Assembly (NCBI GenBank): GCA_043727035.1
Contig: JAYSZB010000071.1
Span: 21,767-85,766, forward strand
Length of the DNA: 64,000 bases
Source: Sphingomonas sp.
Lineage (GTDB): Bacteria; Pseudomonadota; Alphaproteobacteria; Sphingomonadales; Sphingomonadaceae
Reading direction: 5' to 3'
Shown here: piece after piece, positions 47,804-57,253 of the stretch
Layout of the letters: each line of letters opens with the position of its first letter
Numbering within the stretch: position 1 is the stretch's first letter
The notes under the pieces: generated by a model
Told to the model about the DNA's origin: nothing
The model's database searches: none
Seen by the model: the letters and a program-made list of their open reading frames with translations, nothing else
Translations under genes and position numbers: made by a program

Positions 47804-47920
47804 CAAAAAACTTGTCCGCCATCAATGTGCGGCGGTCGGCCTTGGAGCAGAGGCGGGGTCGGAACCGCCGCGACGCCGAGGACGCCATCGACCGCGCGCG
47901 GGCAAAATCAAGGAGTCACG

Positions 47921-48607
47921 ATGATGACCAGAACCGCTCTTCTCTCCGCTGCCGCCGCGCTCGCCATGGTCCTGACTGCCGCGCCTGCGCTGGCCGGCTC
48001 GCCCGACGGCAATGTCCAGGTCAAGCTGCTCGGCACCGCCGTCCTTCCCGACGGCAGGATCACCGAAGTGCTGGTCGATGGTATCGGCTTGCCTGCGGGC
48101 AGCCAGACTTACGCCGACGACAGCTATGTGCCGACCATCGCCATCGAATATTTCGTCACGCCGCACATCAGCATCGAAACGATTTGCTGCGTCACCCAGC
48201 ATGACGTCAACGGGCGCGGCGCGCTCGCCGGGGCGGGTCTGGTGTCCAACGCCAACATTATCCCCGCCACTCTGACCGGCAAATATCATTTCGGCGAGGC
48301 GGGCGGAATCCAGCCCTATGTCGGGGCGGGGCCGTCCTACTTCATCTTTATCGATGAACGGTCGGGCACGACCGCGCAGGCGCTCGGCGCGACTCGGCAG
48401 CGGATGAACGATCATCTCGGCTTCGCCCTGCAAGCCGGGGTCGACATCCCGGTCAACCACAGCGGCCTGTCGCTCAGCCTCGATGCAAAACGCTATTTCC
48501 TGCGGACCAGCGCGCACTGGTTCAATGCGGCGGGCACCGAAGTGCTGGCGACGCGCCACCGCATCGATCCGTGGGTGCTCAGCGCCGGACTTGCCTTCCG
48601 TTTCTGA
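47921..48607 (+). CDS. ompW: OmpW family outer-membrane protein
   Basis: Signal peptide, EYF.TP..S.E, P.TL...YHF, QPYVGAG..Y, LDAK, IDPWV...G..FRF. Confidence 0.88.
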   Translation: MMTRTALLSAAAALAMVLTAAPALAGSPDGNVQVKLLGTAVLPDGRITEVLVDGIGLPAGSQTYADDSYVPTIAIEYFVTPHISIETICCVTQHDVNGRGALAGAGLVSNANIIPATLTGKYHFGEAGGIQPYVGAGPSYFIFIDERSGTTAQALGATRQRMNDHLGFALQAGVDIPVNHSGLSLSLDAKRYFLRTSAHWFNAAGTEVLATRHRIDPWVLSAGLAFRF

Positions 48608-48623
48608 GCGAAACGGCTTAGGC

Positions 48624-48670
48624 AGGGGCCGTCGCATCGTCGGGGAGCGATGCGGCGGCCCCCTTTCTTC
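48624..48670 (+). terminator. Intrinsic terminator between ompW and fnr
   Basis: GGGGCCGTCGCATCG-loop-CGATGCGGCGGCCCC then CTTTCTT. Confidence 0.75.
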
Positions 48671-48682
48671 AACGTTCTGGAT

Positions 48683-49378
48683 CTAGCCCGCGAGGGCTGC
48701 AAGTCCCGGCCGGTCGAGGATGACGATGTCGCGCCGCGATGGCAAATCGATATAGCCGTCGCCGCGCAGCCGCGTCAGCTGGCGGCTGACCGTCTCGATG
48801 GTCAGGCCGAGGATGTCGGCGATCTGTTGCCGACCGAAGGGCAAAGTAAAGCTGGCGAGCGGCCCATCATCGGCAGCGCACCCGCTATCGACCAGCCGCT
48901 CGGACATTTCGAGCAGAAAGGTCGCCATTTTCTCCGTCGCCGATTTCCGCCCTAGCAGCAGCATCCAGTGCCGCGCCCGGTCGAGTTCGGTCAGCGTGCG
49001 TTGCAGCAATTTATGCTCGAGTTCGGGATGCGCGCGCGCAAAAGCATCGAAATCGCCCCGGGTGAAGGTGCAGACCTTGGCATCGGTCAGCGCGGTGACG
49101 GTGTGCTGGCTGCGCGCACCGAACGGGCGGCCGATAAAGTCCGCCGGATAGACGATGCCGACTATCTGCTCGCGCCCGTCGCCGGTGCCGGTGGACAATT
49201 TCAGCACGCCATCGACGACATTGGCCACCAGCAACGAATCATCGCCTTCCCACATCAGCGCCTGCCCCGCCGCTATGGTCCGCGTGCGCCCGATGCGGTT
49301 CAATGCGGCGACCTCATCCGCATCCAGCACCGCACAAATGGCACGATTGCGGACGAGGCAGGTGTCGCACGATGTCAT
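48683..49378 (-). CDS. fnrL: FNR/FnrL-type [4Fe-4S] Crp-family regulator
   Basis: N-terminal CDTCLVRNRAIC plus central KVC; recognition helix GLTIETVSR. Confidence 0.85.
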   Translation of the reverse strand: MTSCDTCLVRNRAICAVLDADEVAALNRIGRTRTIAAGQALMWEGDDSLLVANVVDGVLKLSTGTGDGREQIVGIVYPADFIGRPFGARSQHTVTALTDAKVCTFTRGDFDAFARAHPELEHKLLQRTLTELDRARHWMLLLGRKSATEKMATFLLEMSERLVDSGCAADDGPLASFTLPFGRQQIADILGLTIETVSRQLTRLRGDGYIDLPSRRDIVILDRPGLAALAG

Positions 49379-49555
49379 AGGCGACCGCGTAGCACCCGCC
49401 CCGCCCAAATCCAAGCAAGCGACTGCTGCCTCGCATGTTGCCGGCCCAAGCTGCAGTTACCCGCCTAGATCCGATACCCTGCCCGCCCACCCCTTGTGCG
49501 ACAATCATGACTCGACCGTTGCTTAGGCGATTGTTTTGTACCGATTTTTGGGGGC

Positions 49556-49631
49556 TGGTGCCGCTTACAGGACTCGAACCTGTGACCCCCGCATTACGAA
49601 TGCGATGCTCTACCAACTGAGCTAAAGCGGC
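49556..49631 (-). tRNA. tRNA-Thr (anticodon CGT)
   Basis: GCCGCTTTAGCTCAGTTGGTAGAGCATCGCATT-CGT-AATGCGGGGGTCACAGGTTCGAGTCCTGTAAGCGGCACCA, 76 nt, encoded CCA. Confidence 0.97.
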
Positions 49632-49736
49632 AATGGGCGGGCGTTTATCAGCGAGGCGCGCACAAGACAAGGCGCGCTGTTGGGGTGCGCGCGTCGGTCG
49701 TGTGCGAAACTGTACCGGGGGTCAGCGCAATGCGGC

Positions 49737-50990
49737 TTACGCCTCCTCCACCGCGCGGATCACCGGCACGAACGCGTGCACCCACGCCAGTGCCAGCAGA
49801 TACGCGCCCGCCGCTGCGAAGAACAATGGCGTGTAGCCGATGCCGCTGGTCAGCAGCCAGCCGGTCGTCTCCTGGATGCCGAAGGCGGCGATATTGCCGG
49901 CAATCGCGCCGACCGCGATCACGCTGGCGACGCGGCTGGTGGGGATCGCATCGGCGGCGAAACCGAAGATGTTGGTGGCAAATCCTTGATGCGCGAACAG
50001 GCCCATGCCGATGATCACCGCCGCCACCCACGCGTTCGATGCGGTCAGCGCCAGCGGGATCGGCACGATGATCAACGCAAAGCACAGCATCGCCGTCTTG
50101 CGGGCGCGGTTGACGCTCATCCCGCGCTTGAGCAGTGCCGGGAACAGGAACCCGCCCGACAGCGCGCCGATGGCGGCAAGCGAAAAGGCCAGCGCGGTCG
50201 GCCCGACCAACTCGGCCTGCGACAATTGGAACACCTTGTTGAACAGGTCGGGCAGCCAGAAGATGAAGAACCACCAGAACATGTCGGTGATCGCCTTGGC
50301 CCCCGCAATCGCCCAGGTGCGCCGGTCGCGCGCCAGTGCGCCCCAGTCGACCCGCGCGCGCTCGGCCCCGGCGCGCGTCTCGACCGGCGGCAGGCGGCGC
50401 ACGCCCAGGATCCAGAACCCCAGCCAGATGAAGCCGAGCAGGCCAGTGATGATGAACGCCGCCTGCCAGCCATAGGTCGCCGCCAGCGCCACGACGACGA
50501 ACGGTGCGACGATATTGCCGATGTTGGGCGCAGTGTTGATGATCCCCAATGCCATCGATCGCTGGCCGATCGGCAGATAGGTCGACGCCGATTTGACCGC
50601 TGCCGGCGTATTGATCGATTCCGCCGCGACCAGCACGACGCGCGCGGTGACGAACTGCGTGACATTGGCGGCAAAGGCATGGGCGATCCCCGCCAGACTC
50701 CACACCGCCACCGCCGCGCCATAGGCGATCTTGACGCCGAAGCGGTCGACCAGCCAGCCGACGAAGATCAGCGCGGCGGCGGCGGCGAGTTGCGACATCG
50801 AGGCGAAATGCGCGAACTCGGCGTCGCCCCAGCCATAGGCCGTCTCGATCGTCGGCTTGAGCAGCGACAGCACCTGCCGGTCGATATAGTTGATCAAGGT
50901 GCCGACGAACAGCAGCGCGACGAGGCCGGTACGCAGCCGTTTCAGTCGCATTGCGTCCACGGCGTCCGGCGCAATTCCGGGTGCATCCAT
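49737..50990 (-). CDS. MFS transporter, ExuT/ACS-like
   Basis: INYIDRQVLS.LKP, GW.VDR.G.K, FF.FWLPD.F, HQGF..N. Confidence 0.85.
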   Translation of the reverse strand: MDAPGIAPDAVDAMRLKRLRTGLVALLFVGTLINYIDRQVLSLLKPTIETAYGWGDAEFAHFASMSQLAAAAALIFVGWLVDRFGVKIAYGAAVAVWSLAGIAHAFAANVTQFVTARVVLVAAESINTPAAVKSASTYLPIGQRSMALGIINTAPNIGNIVAPFVVVALAATYGWQAAFIITGLLGFIWLGFWILGVRRLPPVETRAGAERARVDWGALARDRRTWAIAGAKAITDMFWWFFIFWLPDLFNKVFQLSQAELVGPTALAFSLAAIGALSGGFLFPALLKRGMSVNRARKTAMLCFALIIVPIPLALTASNAWVAAVIIGMGLFAHQGFATNIFGFAADAIPTSRVASVIAVGAIAGNIAAFGIQETTGWLLTSGIGYTPLFFAAAGAYLLALAWVHAFVPVIRAVEEA

Positions 50991-51081
50991 GCTCGTTTCT
51001 CCCGCGCCTCACTGCTCTCTGGCGGAGGTTGCCCCACCCGTGTATGACACCGTAGGACAGAGAGCAATGGGGAGGACAAGC

Positions 51082-52149
51082 ATGGCATCGCAGCATGATC
51101 CCCACCAATATGCCGGCGACCTCTACGGCGAACTGACGCTGGCGGACGAGGGCACAAAGGCCCCGCGCGCGCCCGTTTTCCCAGGCCTCGCCGTCTGCGC
51201 CATCGCCAGCATCGCTGCCGCCTGGCTGTCCGAACATTATGGCATGCCGATCATCCTGATGGGGCTATTGATCGGCCTCGCGCTCAACTTCGTCGCCGCC
51301 GATCCGCGCACGCACAGGGGTCTCGATTACGCCAGCCGCACCTTCCTGCGGATCGGCATCGTCATCCTCGGCACACAGGTGACCATCGCCCAGATCGGCG
51401 CGCTCGGCCTTGTCCCGTTCGTTGCGCTGATCGTCGTGATGGCGCTGGCCTTCGGCGGCGGCATGCTCGGCGCGCGCCTCGCCGGACAGCCGACCGCCAA
51501 CGGGGTGCTCTCGGGCGGAGCCACCGCGATCTGCGGAGCCTCTGCCGCGCTCGCGCTGTACAGCGTCATCGGCAAGGAACGGCTCAGCCAGGCGCAGTTC
51601 GCGCTGACGCTGGTGGGGATCAGCCTCGCTTCTGCGCTGGCGATGAGCTTCTACCCGATCATCGCCGATTATCTCAGCCTGAGCGACCGGCAAGCCGGCT
51701 TCCTGATCGGCGCGTCGATCCATGATGTCGCGCAGGCGATCGGCGGAGGTTACGCATTCTCCGACGCAGCGGGGGCCTATGCCACCATCGTCAAACTAGC
51801 CCGCGTGGCATTGCTCGCTCCCATCGTCGCGCTGGTCAGCCTGTTCTACTTGCGCAAGGGGCAGGGCGGCGAACGCTTGCCCATCTGGCGCCGGCTGGCG
51901 ATGCCGTGGTTCATCGTCGCATTTCTGGCGACCGTGCTGCTCAACAGCGTAATCGACGTCCCCGCCATCGTCACGGAGACAAGCCTCACAGCCTCCAAAG
52001 CCCTCCTCCTCCTTGCCGTCACCGCCACTGCAATGCGCAGCCGCATGGACCTGATCATGCAAATGGGCTGGCGCGCGCTGATGCCGGTGCTCGGCGCGAC
52101 AGTGACGAGCTTGCTGGCGGCGCTCGGGTTCGCGGTGTTCTTGCTCTGA
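51082..52149 (+). CDS. YeiH/UPF0324 putative sulfate-exporter family membrane protein
   Basis: LRIGI..LG, G.AICGASAA.A, G.SIHDVAQ, A.IVKL.RV, PWFI..F; GGAGG RBS before ATG 51082. Confidence 0.88.
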   Translation: MASQHDPHQYAGDLYGELTLADEGTKAPRAPVFPGLAVCAIASIAAAWLSEHYGMPIILMGLLIGLALNFVAADPRTHRGLDYASRTFLRIGIVILGTQVTIAQIGALGLVPFVALIVVMALAFGGGMLGARLAGQPTANGVLSGGATAICGASAALALYSVIGKERLSQAQFALTLVGISLASALAMSFYPIIADYLSLSDRQAGFLIGASIHDVAQAIGGGYAFSDAAGAYATIVKLARVALLAPIVALVSLFYLRKGQGGERLPIWRRLAMPWFIVAFLATVLLNSVIDVPAIVTETSLTASKALLLLAVTATAMRSRMDLIMQMGWRALMPVLGATVTSLLAALGFAVFLL

Positions 52150-52160
52150 TTGGGCGACAA

Positions 52161-52337
52161 GGGGTTTCGCGCCAAGACGCCAAGACGCCAAGACGCCAAG
52201 ACGCCAAGACGCCAAGAGAGCGTCGTATTGCTGCGAAACAGCATTCCGGATCAAATCTCGTACGCCGCGAACAAGGGGACAGAGGACGGCTTCGCCGATA
52301 GCGCCAACCTCTTGGCGACTTGGCGTCTTGGCGCGAA
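52161..52337. repeat. Octamer-arm inverted-repeat element with a (CGCCAAGA)6 tandem array
   Basis: Left arm TTCG(CGCCAAGA)x6 at 52166-52217; right arm TCTTGGCG ACTTGGCG TCTTGGCG CGAA at 52310-52337. Confidence 0.85.
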
Positions 52338-52407
52338 TCTACTTTCCGTCGAGACAGCGCCCCAGCCCCCGGTTTCCCGCGCAACAAAATGTCGCTACAC
52401 CGCGACC

Positions 52408-55400
52408 ATGCCCAACCACGCGCCCCGCACCGCCATCCGCGCCCTCCATCGCCAGAGCGAAAGCGCGATCGTCGCATCGAACCTCGTCGCGCTCGCCGCC
52501 GCCGGGCCGGATGTGGCGGATGTCAAAACCCTTGGCCGCCGCATCATCTCCATCGCCAAGGCGGAGGGTGAGCGCGACACGCTGGTCGGCGCGCTGATGA
52601 ACAAATATCGGCTGTCAACCGAGGAAGGCGTGGTGCTGATGTGCCTTGCCGAAGCGCTGCTGCGCGTGCCCGACAGCGACACCGCCAATGCGCTGATCCG
52701 CGACAAGATCGCCGGTCGCCACTGGGCCGATGGAGACGGCGGCGAGTCGTTCCTCATCCAGCTCAGCGGCTTCGGCCTGTCGCTCGGCTCGGCGACCTTG
52801 CTGCTCGACCAGATCGGCAGCACCTCCAACCCCGCGTCGATCCTCAAACGGATGATCCGCAAATCGGGCGAGCCGGTGATCCGCCAGGCCGCCTACGCAG
52901 CGATGAAGCTGCTCGGCCAGCAGTTCGTCATGGGCGAGAATATCGCTGCGGCGCTGAAACGCGCCAACAAGGAAAAGAGCGAACTCGCCAGCTTCGACAT
53001 GCTGGGGGAGGCTGCGCGCACCGCCGCCGATGCCGCGCGCTATGCCGCCAGCTATGCCGACGCCATCGCCACCATCGGCAAGGGCGCGAAGCAAGGCGAT
53101 CCGCACGCCAACCATGGCATCTCGATCAAGCTCAGCGCGCTGCACCCGCGCTACGAGTATCTCCAGCCACAGCGGCGCACGGAAGAACTGTTTCCGGTCG
53201 TGCTCACCCTCGCTCGCACCGCCCGCGCCGCCAATGTGCCCTTGATGATCGATGCAGAGGAAAGCGACCGGCTCGAACCGCATCTCGACATTTTTGCCGC
53301 GCTGCTCGACGCCGGCGTTGCGGACGGGTGGGCCGGTCTCGGCATCGTCGTTCAGGCCTATCAGAAGCGCGCGTCGGCGGTGGTCAAATGGGTCGGTGCG
53401 CTGGCGCGGGGGCGCGGCGTCAAGGTGGCGATGCGGCTGGTAAAAGGGGCCTATTGGGACAGCGAGGTCAAACGCGCGCAGGTGGCGGGGCTGGGCGACT
53501 GGCCGGTGTTCACCGAAAAGAACCACACCGACATCAACTACATGCGCTGTGCGCAACTGCTGCACGGCCTGTCCGACTGCATCTACCCCGCCTTCGCCAC
53601 CCATAATGCGATGACCATCGCCTATATCGGGCGATTGTTCGGCAGTACCACCGACCATGAGCTGCAACGGCTGCACGGTATGGGGGAGGGCGCGCATGAT
53701 GCGCTGATGGACGTCGCGCCGAGCCAAGACCGACCGGCCCGCCCTGTCCGCGTCTATGCTCCCGTCGGCACCCACCGCGATCTGCTCGCCTATCTCGTCC
53801 GCCGCCTGCTCGAAAATGGCGCGAATAGCAGCTTCGTTCACCAGTTCGCCGATCCCGACGTGACGGTCGAGGAACTGGCGATCGACCCGCGCGAAGCCGC
53901 CGCCCGACCGGCGGGTGCGACGCTGCCGACGGGGCTCGATCTCTACCTGCCCGAGCGCCGCAACAGTCGCGGCCATGATCTCGGCGATCCGGGTGTGCCG
54001 GAGGCGCTGTATGCGGCGATGGAGGTAGCGCGAAAAGCACTTCGGCAGGGATTGCCTATCGTGTCCGGCAAGCCGCAAGCCGGCACCGCGCACCCCGTCC
54101 TCAACCCCGCTACCGGCATCGCCGTCGGTACCGTCACCGACGCCACCACCGCGCACGTCGATGCCGCCATCACCGCCAGCCTCGCCGCCCAATCCGACTG
54201 GAGCCTCGCCGGTGGCGATTTCCGCGCCGACCGTCTCGAACGCGCCGCCGACAGCCTTGAGGCCGAAGAAGCCGTCTTCCTCGCGCTGGCCATGGACGAA
54301 GCCGGCAAGACTTTGGCCGACGCGGTGGCCGAAGTGCGCGAGGCGGTCGATTTCCTGCGCTACTACGCCCGCGAAGCCCGCACCCATTTCAACCGCGCCA
54401 CCAGCCTTCCCGGCCCGACCGGAGAACGCAATGAGCTGATCCTCGAAGGCAAGGGCGTGTTCGTCTGCATCAGCCCATGGAATTTCCCGCTGGCGATCTT
54501 CCTCGGGCAGGTCGCTGCCGCGCTGGTCGCGGGCAATGCCGTGCTGGCGAAACCCGCCGAACAGACCCCGCTGATCGCCGCCGCCGCCGTCGATCTGCTC
54601 CACCGCGCCGGGGTGCCACCCGAAGTGCTGCACTTCCTGCCCGGCCCCGGCGAAACCGTCGGCGCGGCGCTCTGTGCCCACCCCGCCATCGCTGGCGTCG
54701 TCTTCACCGGCTCGACCGAGGTCGCGCGGCTGATCAACCGCACGCTCAGCCTGCGCGACGGGCCGATTGCCGCGCTGATCGCCGAAACCGGCGGCATCAA
54801 CGCGATGATCGTCGATTCGACCGCGCTGCCCGAGCAAGTCGCGCGCGACGCGGTTGCGTCGGCCTTCCAGAGCGCCGGCCAGCGCTGCTCGGCGCTACGG
54901 CTGCTGATCGTCCAGAGCGACGTTGCCGAGGCGATGATCGCCATGATCGCCGGAGCCATGGCGGAATTGCAAGTCGGCAACCCCGCCGACCCCGCCACCG
55001 ATGTCGGCCCGATCATCGATGCCGAGGCGCAGAGCGGCATTGCCGCCTATGTCGAGCAACAGCGCGCTGCCGGTCGCGTCATCGCCCAAGCGCAGCGCTT
55101 CGATGGCTCGTCCGGCCATTTCGTCGCGCCAACACTGGTCCGGCTCGACGCCATCGCCGATCTGAAACGCGAGATTTTCGGCCCCGTCCTCCACGTCGTC
55201 ACCTATGACGGCGACCAGCTCGACGCGGTGATCGATGCGATCAACGCCACCGGCTACGGCCTGACGCTGGGCTTGCACAGCCGCATCGACGCCGTCGCCG
55301 CGCATGTCGCCGCACGCGCGCGTGTCGGCAATATCTACGTCAACCGCAACCAGATCGGCGCCGTCGTCGGCGTCCAGCCGTTCGGCGGGCGGGGGCTGTC

Positions 55401-55515
55401 CGGCACCGGGCCAAAGGCTGGCGGGCCGCATTATCTGTTCCGCTTCGCCGAGGAGAAGACGATCTCCACCGATGTCACGGCGGCGGGTGGCAATGCTGCA
55501 CTGATGGCGCGGTAA
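52408..55515 (+). CDS. putA: Bifunctional proline dehydrogenase / P5C dehydrogenase PutA (no RHH domain)
   Basis: SFDMLGEAA, SIKLS.LHPRY, IDAEE, RLVKGAYWD.E, FATHN, QRLHGMGE, RRLLENGANSSF, ETGGIN, GQRCSA, EIFGP. Confidence 0.95.
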   Translation: MPNHAPRTAIRALHRQSESAIVASNLVALAAAGPDVADVKTLGRRIISIAKAEGERDTLVGALMNKYRLSTEEGVVLMCLAEALLRVPDSDTANALIRDKIAGRHWADGDGGESFLIQLSGFGLSLGSATLLLDQIGSTSNPASILKRMIRKSGEPVIRQAAYAAMKLLGQQFVMGENIAAALKRANKEKSELASFDMLGEAARTAADAARYAASYADAIATIGKGAKQGDPHANHGISIKLSALHPRYEYLQPQRRTEELFPVVLTLARTARAANVPLMIDAEESDRLEPHLDIFAALLDAGVADGWAGLGIVVQAYQKRASAVVKWVGALARGRGVKVAMRLVKGAYWDSEVKRAQVAGLGDWPVFTEKNHTDINYMRCAQLLHGLSDCIYPAFATHNAMTIAYIGRLFGSTTDHELQRLHGMGEGAHDALMDVAPSQDRPARPVRVYAPVGTHRDLLAYLVRRLLENGANSSFVHQFADPDVTVEELAIDPREAAARPAGATLPTGLDLYLPERRNSRGHDLGDPGVPEALYAAMEVARKALRQGLPIVSGKPQAGTAHPVLNPATGIAVGTVTDATTAHVDAAITASLAAQSDWSLAGGDFRADRLERAADSLEAEEAVFLALAMDEAGKTLADAVAEVREAVDFLRYYAREARTHFNRATSLPGPTGERNELILEGKGVFVCISPWNFPLAIFLGQVAAALVAGNAVLAKPAEQTPLIAAAAVDLLHRAGVPPEVLHFLPGPGETVGAALCAHPAIAGVVFTGSTEVARLINRTLSLRDGPIAALIAETGGINAMIVDSTALPEQVARDAVASAFQSAGQRCSALRLLIVQSDVAEAMIAMIAGAMAELQVGNPADPATDVGPIIDAEAQSGIAAYVEQQRAAGRVIAQAQRFDGSSGHFVAPTLVRLDAIADLKREIFGPVLHVVTYDGDQLDAVIDAINATGYGLTLGLHSRIDAVAAHVAARARVGNIYVNRNQIGAVVGVQPFGGRGLSGTGPKAGGPHYLFRFAEEKTISTDVTAAGGNAALMAR

Positions 55516-55522
55516 GCAAAGA

Positions 55523-55687
55523 AAAGGGGGTTCAGGCGAAGACGCGAAGACGCGAAGGAGGTAGCGCAATTCCGCGAAGCGGTTTCCCTACCTCATCATT
55601 GCGTCTGCCGCGATCTGGCGATGAACAACCGGCTTCGCCGGAAGCGCCAAAATCTTCGCGGCTTCGCGGCTTCGCGTGAACCCCTTT
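55523..55687. repeat. Second octamer-arm inverted-repeat element
   Basis: GGGGTTCAGGCGAAGACGCGAAGACGCGAAG ... CTTCGCGGCTTCGCGGCTTCGCGTGAACCCC; core 55630-55650 is 19/21 identical to 52287-52307. Confidence 0.8.
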
Positions 55688-55718
55688 GCTCTTGATCGCA
55701 TGCACGCGACGCTGGTGA

Positions 55719-56657
55719 TCAATATCCCAACGCCAGATCCACCTGCGGCTCGACCCGCTCGCCGGCCTTCCAGCGATCGAGATTCGCCAGAAACCGTTCG
55801 ACCGAGCGGGCGAACATCTGGTCCTGCGCGCGGCCCGACAGATGCATGGTGACATGGGCATTATCCAGCCCCCACAGCGGGTGTCCGGGCGGCAGCGGCT
55901 CGGGCGTCGTCACATCCAGAAACGCCCCGCCGATCTGCTTTGCAGACAGCGCCGCAACCAGCGCATCCTGATCGACCACCGTCCCGCGCGCGATATTGAT
56001 CAGCACCGCGCTCGGCTTCATCGTCGCCAACTCCGCCGCGCCGATCATCGCGTCGGTCTCCGCGGTGGCGGGCACCGCCAATATCACCCAGTCGAATTCA
56101 TGCAGCTGCGCGCGCCACTCGTCCGGTCCCAACACCTTCTCGCCTTTGGAGCGGCGCACGACGGTGACATCGACCCCGAACGGCAGCAACCGCTCCTCGA
56201 CCAGCTTGCCGATCGCACCATATCCCAGCAGCAGTGCTCTCGACCCATGGAGTTCGACCTTGCCCGGCGAATCCTGCAACCACTCATGCCGGTCCTGCGC
56301 GCGCACGACGTCGCGATACCCCTTGGCGATGGTCAGCATTCCCATCACCACATATTCGGCGATGGTGATCGCATTGATCCCCGCGCCATTGGTAAAGGTC
56401 ACCCCGCGTTCGGCCATCAGATCGAGCGGCATCCCGTCGACACCCGCGTAGATCGAATTGAGCCATTGGAGGTTGGTCGCCCGCCGCACGCCTTCGGCCA
56501 TGTCCTCCTTCTTGTAGAGGTCGAACCAGCCGATCTCGGCCGATGGCGCCAGATCGAACATCTCCTCGGTGGTGGTAAACCAGCGCGGGCTGACCCACGC
56601 GGGCAAACGCGGTTCAAGCGCAGGGCGAACAATGGCGGAGGCAACGAGGGTGGTCAT
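55719..56657 (-). CDS. D-2-hydroxyacid dehydrogenase
   Basis: AITIAEY, LLGYGAIG Rossmann motif, INIARG, LDV..PEPL, H in VTMHLSG. Confidence 0.9.
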   Translation of the reverse strand: MTTLVASAIVRPALEPRLPAWVSPRWFTTTEEMFDLAPSAEIGWFDLYKKEDMAEGVRRATNLQWLNSIYAGVDGMPLDLMAERGVTFTNGAGINAITIAEYVVMGMLTIAKGYRDVVRAQDRHEWLQDSPGKVELHGSRALLLGYGAIGKLVEERLLPFGVDVTVVRRSKGEKVLGPDEWRAQLHEFDWVILAVPATAETDAMIGAAELATMKPSAVLINIARGTVVDQDALVAALSAKQIGGAFLDVTTPEPLPPGHPLWGLDNAHVTMHLSGRAQDQMFARSVERFLANLDRWKAGERVEPQVDLALGY

Positions 56658-56666
56658 CGACTGTCC

Positions 56667-57110
56667 TTACTTGTTCTCCCCATCGACTTGCGATGGGGAG
56701 GTGGCAGTCCGAAGGACTGACGGAGGGGCTTCTCTGCCCTTCCCGAAGCGCTGCAACCGATCATCGACCGCACCGACAACCGACTCAGCAACGCTGCGGA
56801 CGTTTCTTAGAACATCGATAGCGGCAATGCGCAAAGTGTCGATGCGATGCTCGGCCAACCATTGGTCGCGGCGTGCATCACGCTGTGGTCGGTCCCCGGT
56901 GTCGTGCGCGTGGCCGTCGATCTCGATCGCCAGATTGGCGCGGGCGCAGAAGAAATCGAGATTATAGGGACCGGCCGGATGCTGCTTGCGGAATTTATGC
57001 CCGCCCGGAGAGTTGTTCAGCAGCAGCCACAGCATTGCCTCGGGCTTGGTCAGTTCCCGCCGCAGCCGTTTACCGCGTTTGACGGTAGCGGCGGGTTTGT
57101 CCGGACGCAT
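56667..57110 (-). CDS. DUF559 (Vsr-like PD-(D/E)XK) endonuclease
   Basis: LRRELT.PE..LW..L, FRKQHP.GPY.LDFFC, LAIEIDG..H, RD.RRD.WL, LR. Confidence 0.9.
   Translation of the reverse strand: MRPDKPAATVKRGKRLRRELTKPEAMLWLLLNNSPGGHKFRKQHPAGPYNLDFFCARANLAIEIDGHAHDTGDRPQRDARRDQWLAEHRIDTLRIAAIDVLRNVRSVAESVVGAVDDRLQRFGKGREAPPSVLRTATSPSQVDGENK
56673..56729. repeat. REP-like repeat copy 1 (within the DUF559 3' end)
   Basis: GTTCTCCCCATCGACTTGCGATGGGGAGGTGGCA-GTCCGAAGGAC-TGACGGAGGGGC. Confidence 0.9.
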
Positions 57111-57116
57111 GGCTAT

Positions 57117-57171
57117 GCCCCTCCGTCACGCTGCGCGTGCCACCTCCCCATCGCAAGTCGATGGGGAGAAC
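57117..57171. repeat. REP-like repeat copy 2, inverted relative to copy 1
   Basis: Reverse complement matches copy 1 perfectly over 34 bp plus 12 bp; only the loop differs. Confidence 0.9.
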
Positions 57172-57253
57172 GGTGCGGTATCGCGCCATAGCGTCTGCCC
57201 TGCAATATCCCGTTACACCGCACCTAGAATGACCGCACCGCCTTCACCTAATC

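Noticed and set aside
38311-49631. cbb3/FNR cluster as a genomic island integrated at tRNA-Thr
   Set aside because: No integrase, no duplicated tRNA 3' end seen near 38.3 kb, and composition looks host-like
52170-52337. CRISPR array
   Set aside because: Contiguous 8-mers with no spacers and no cas genes; none of the other repeats form regularly spaced arrays
52150-52407. N-terminal extension of PutA in the ORF track (RQDAKTPR repeats)
   Set aside because: It is read-through of the octamer repeat element; PutA-like sequence begins at ATG 52408
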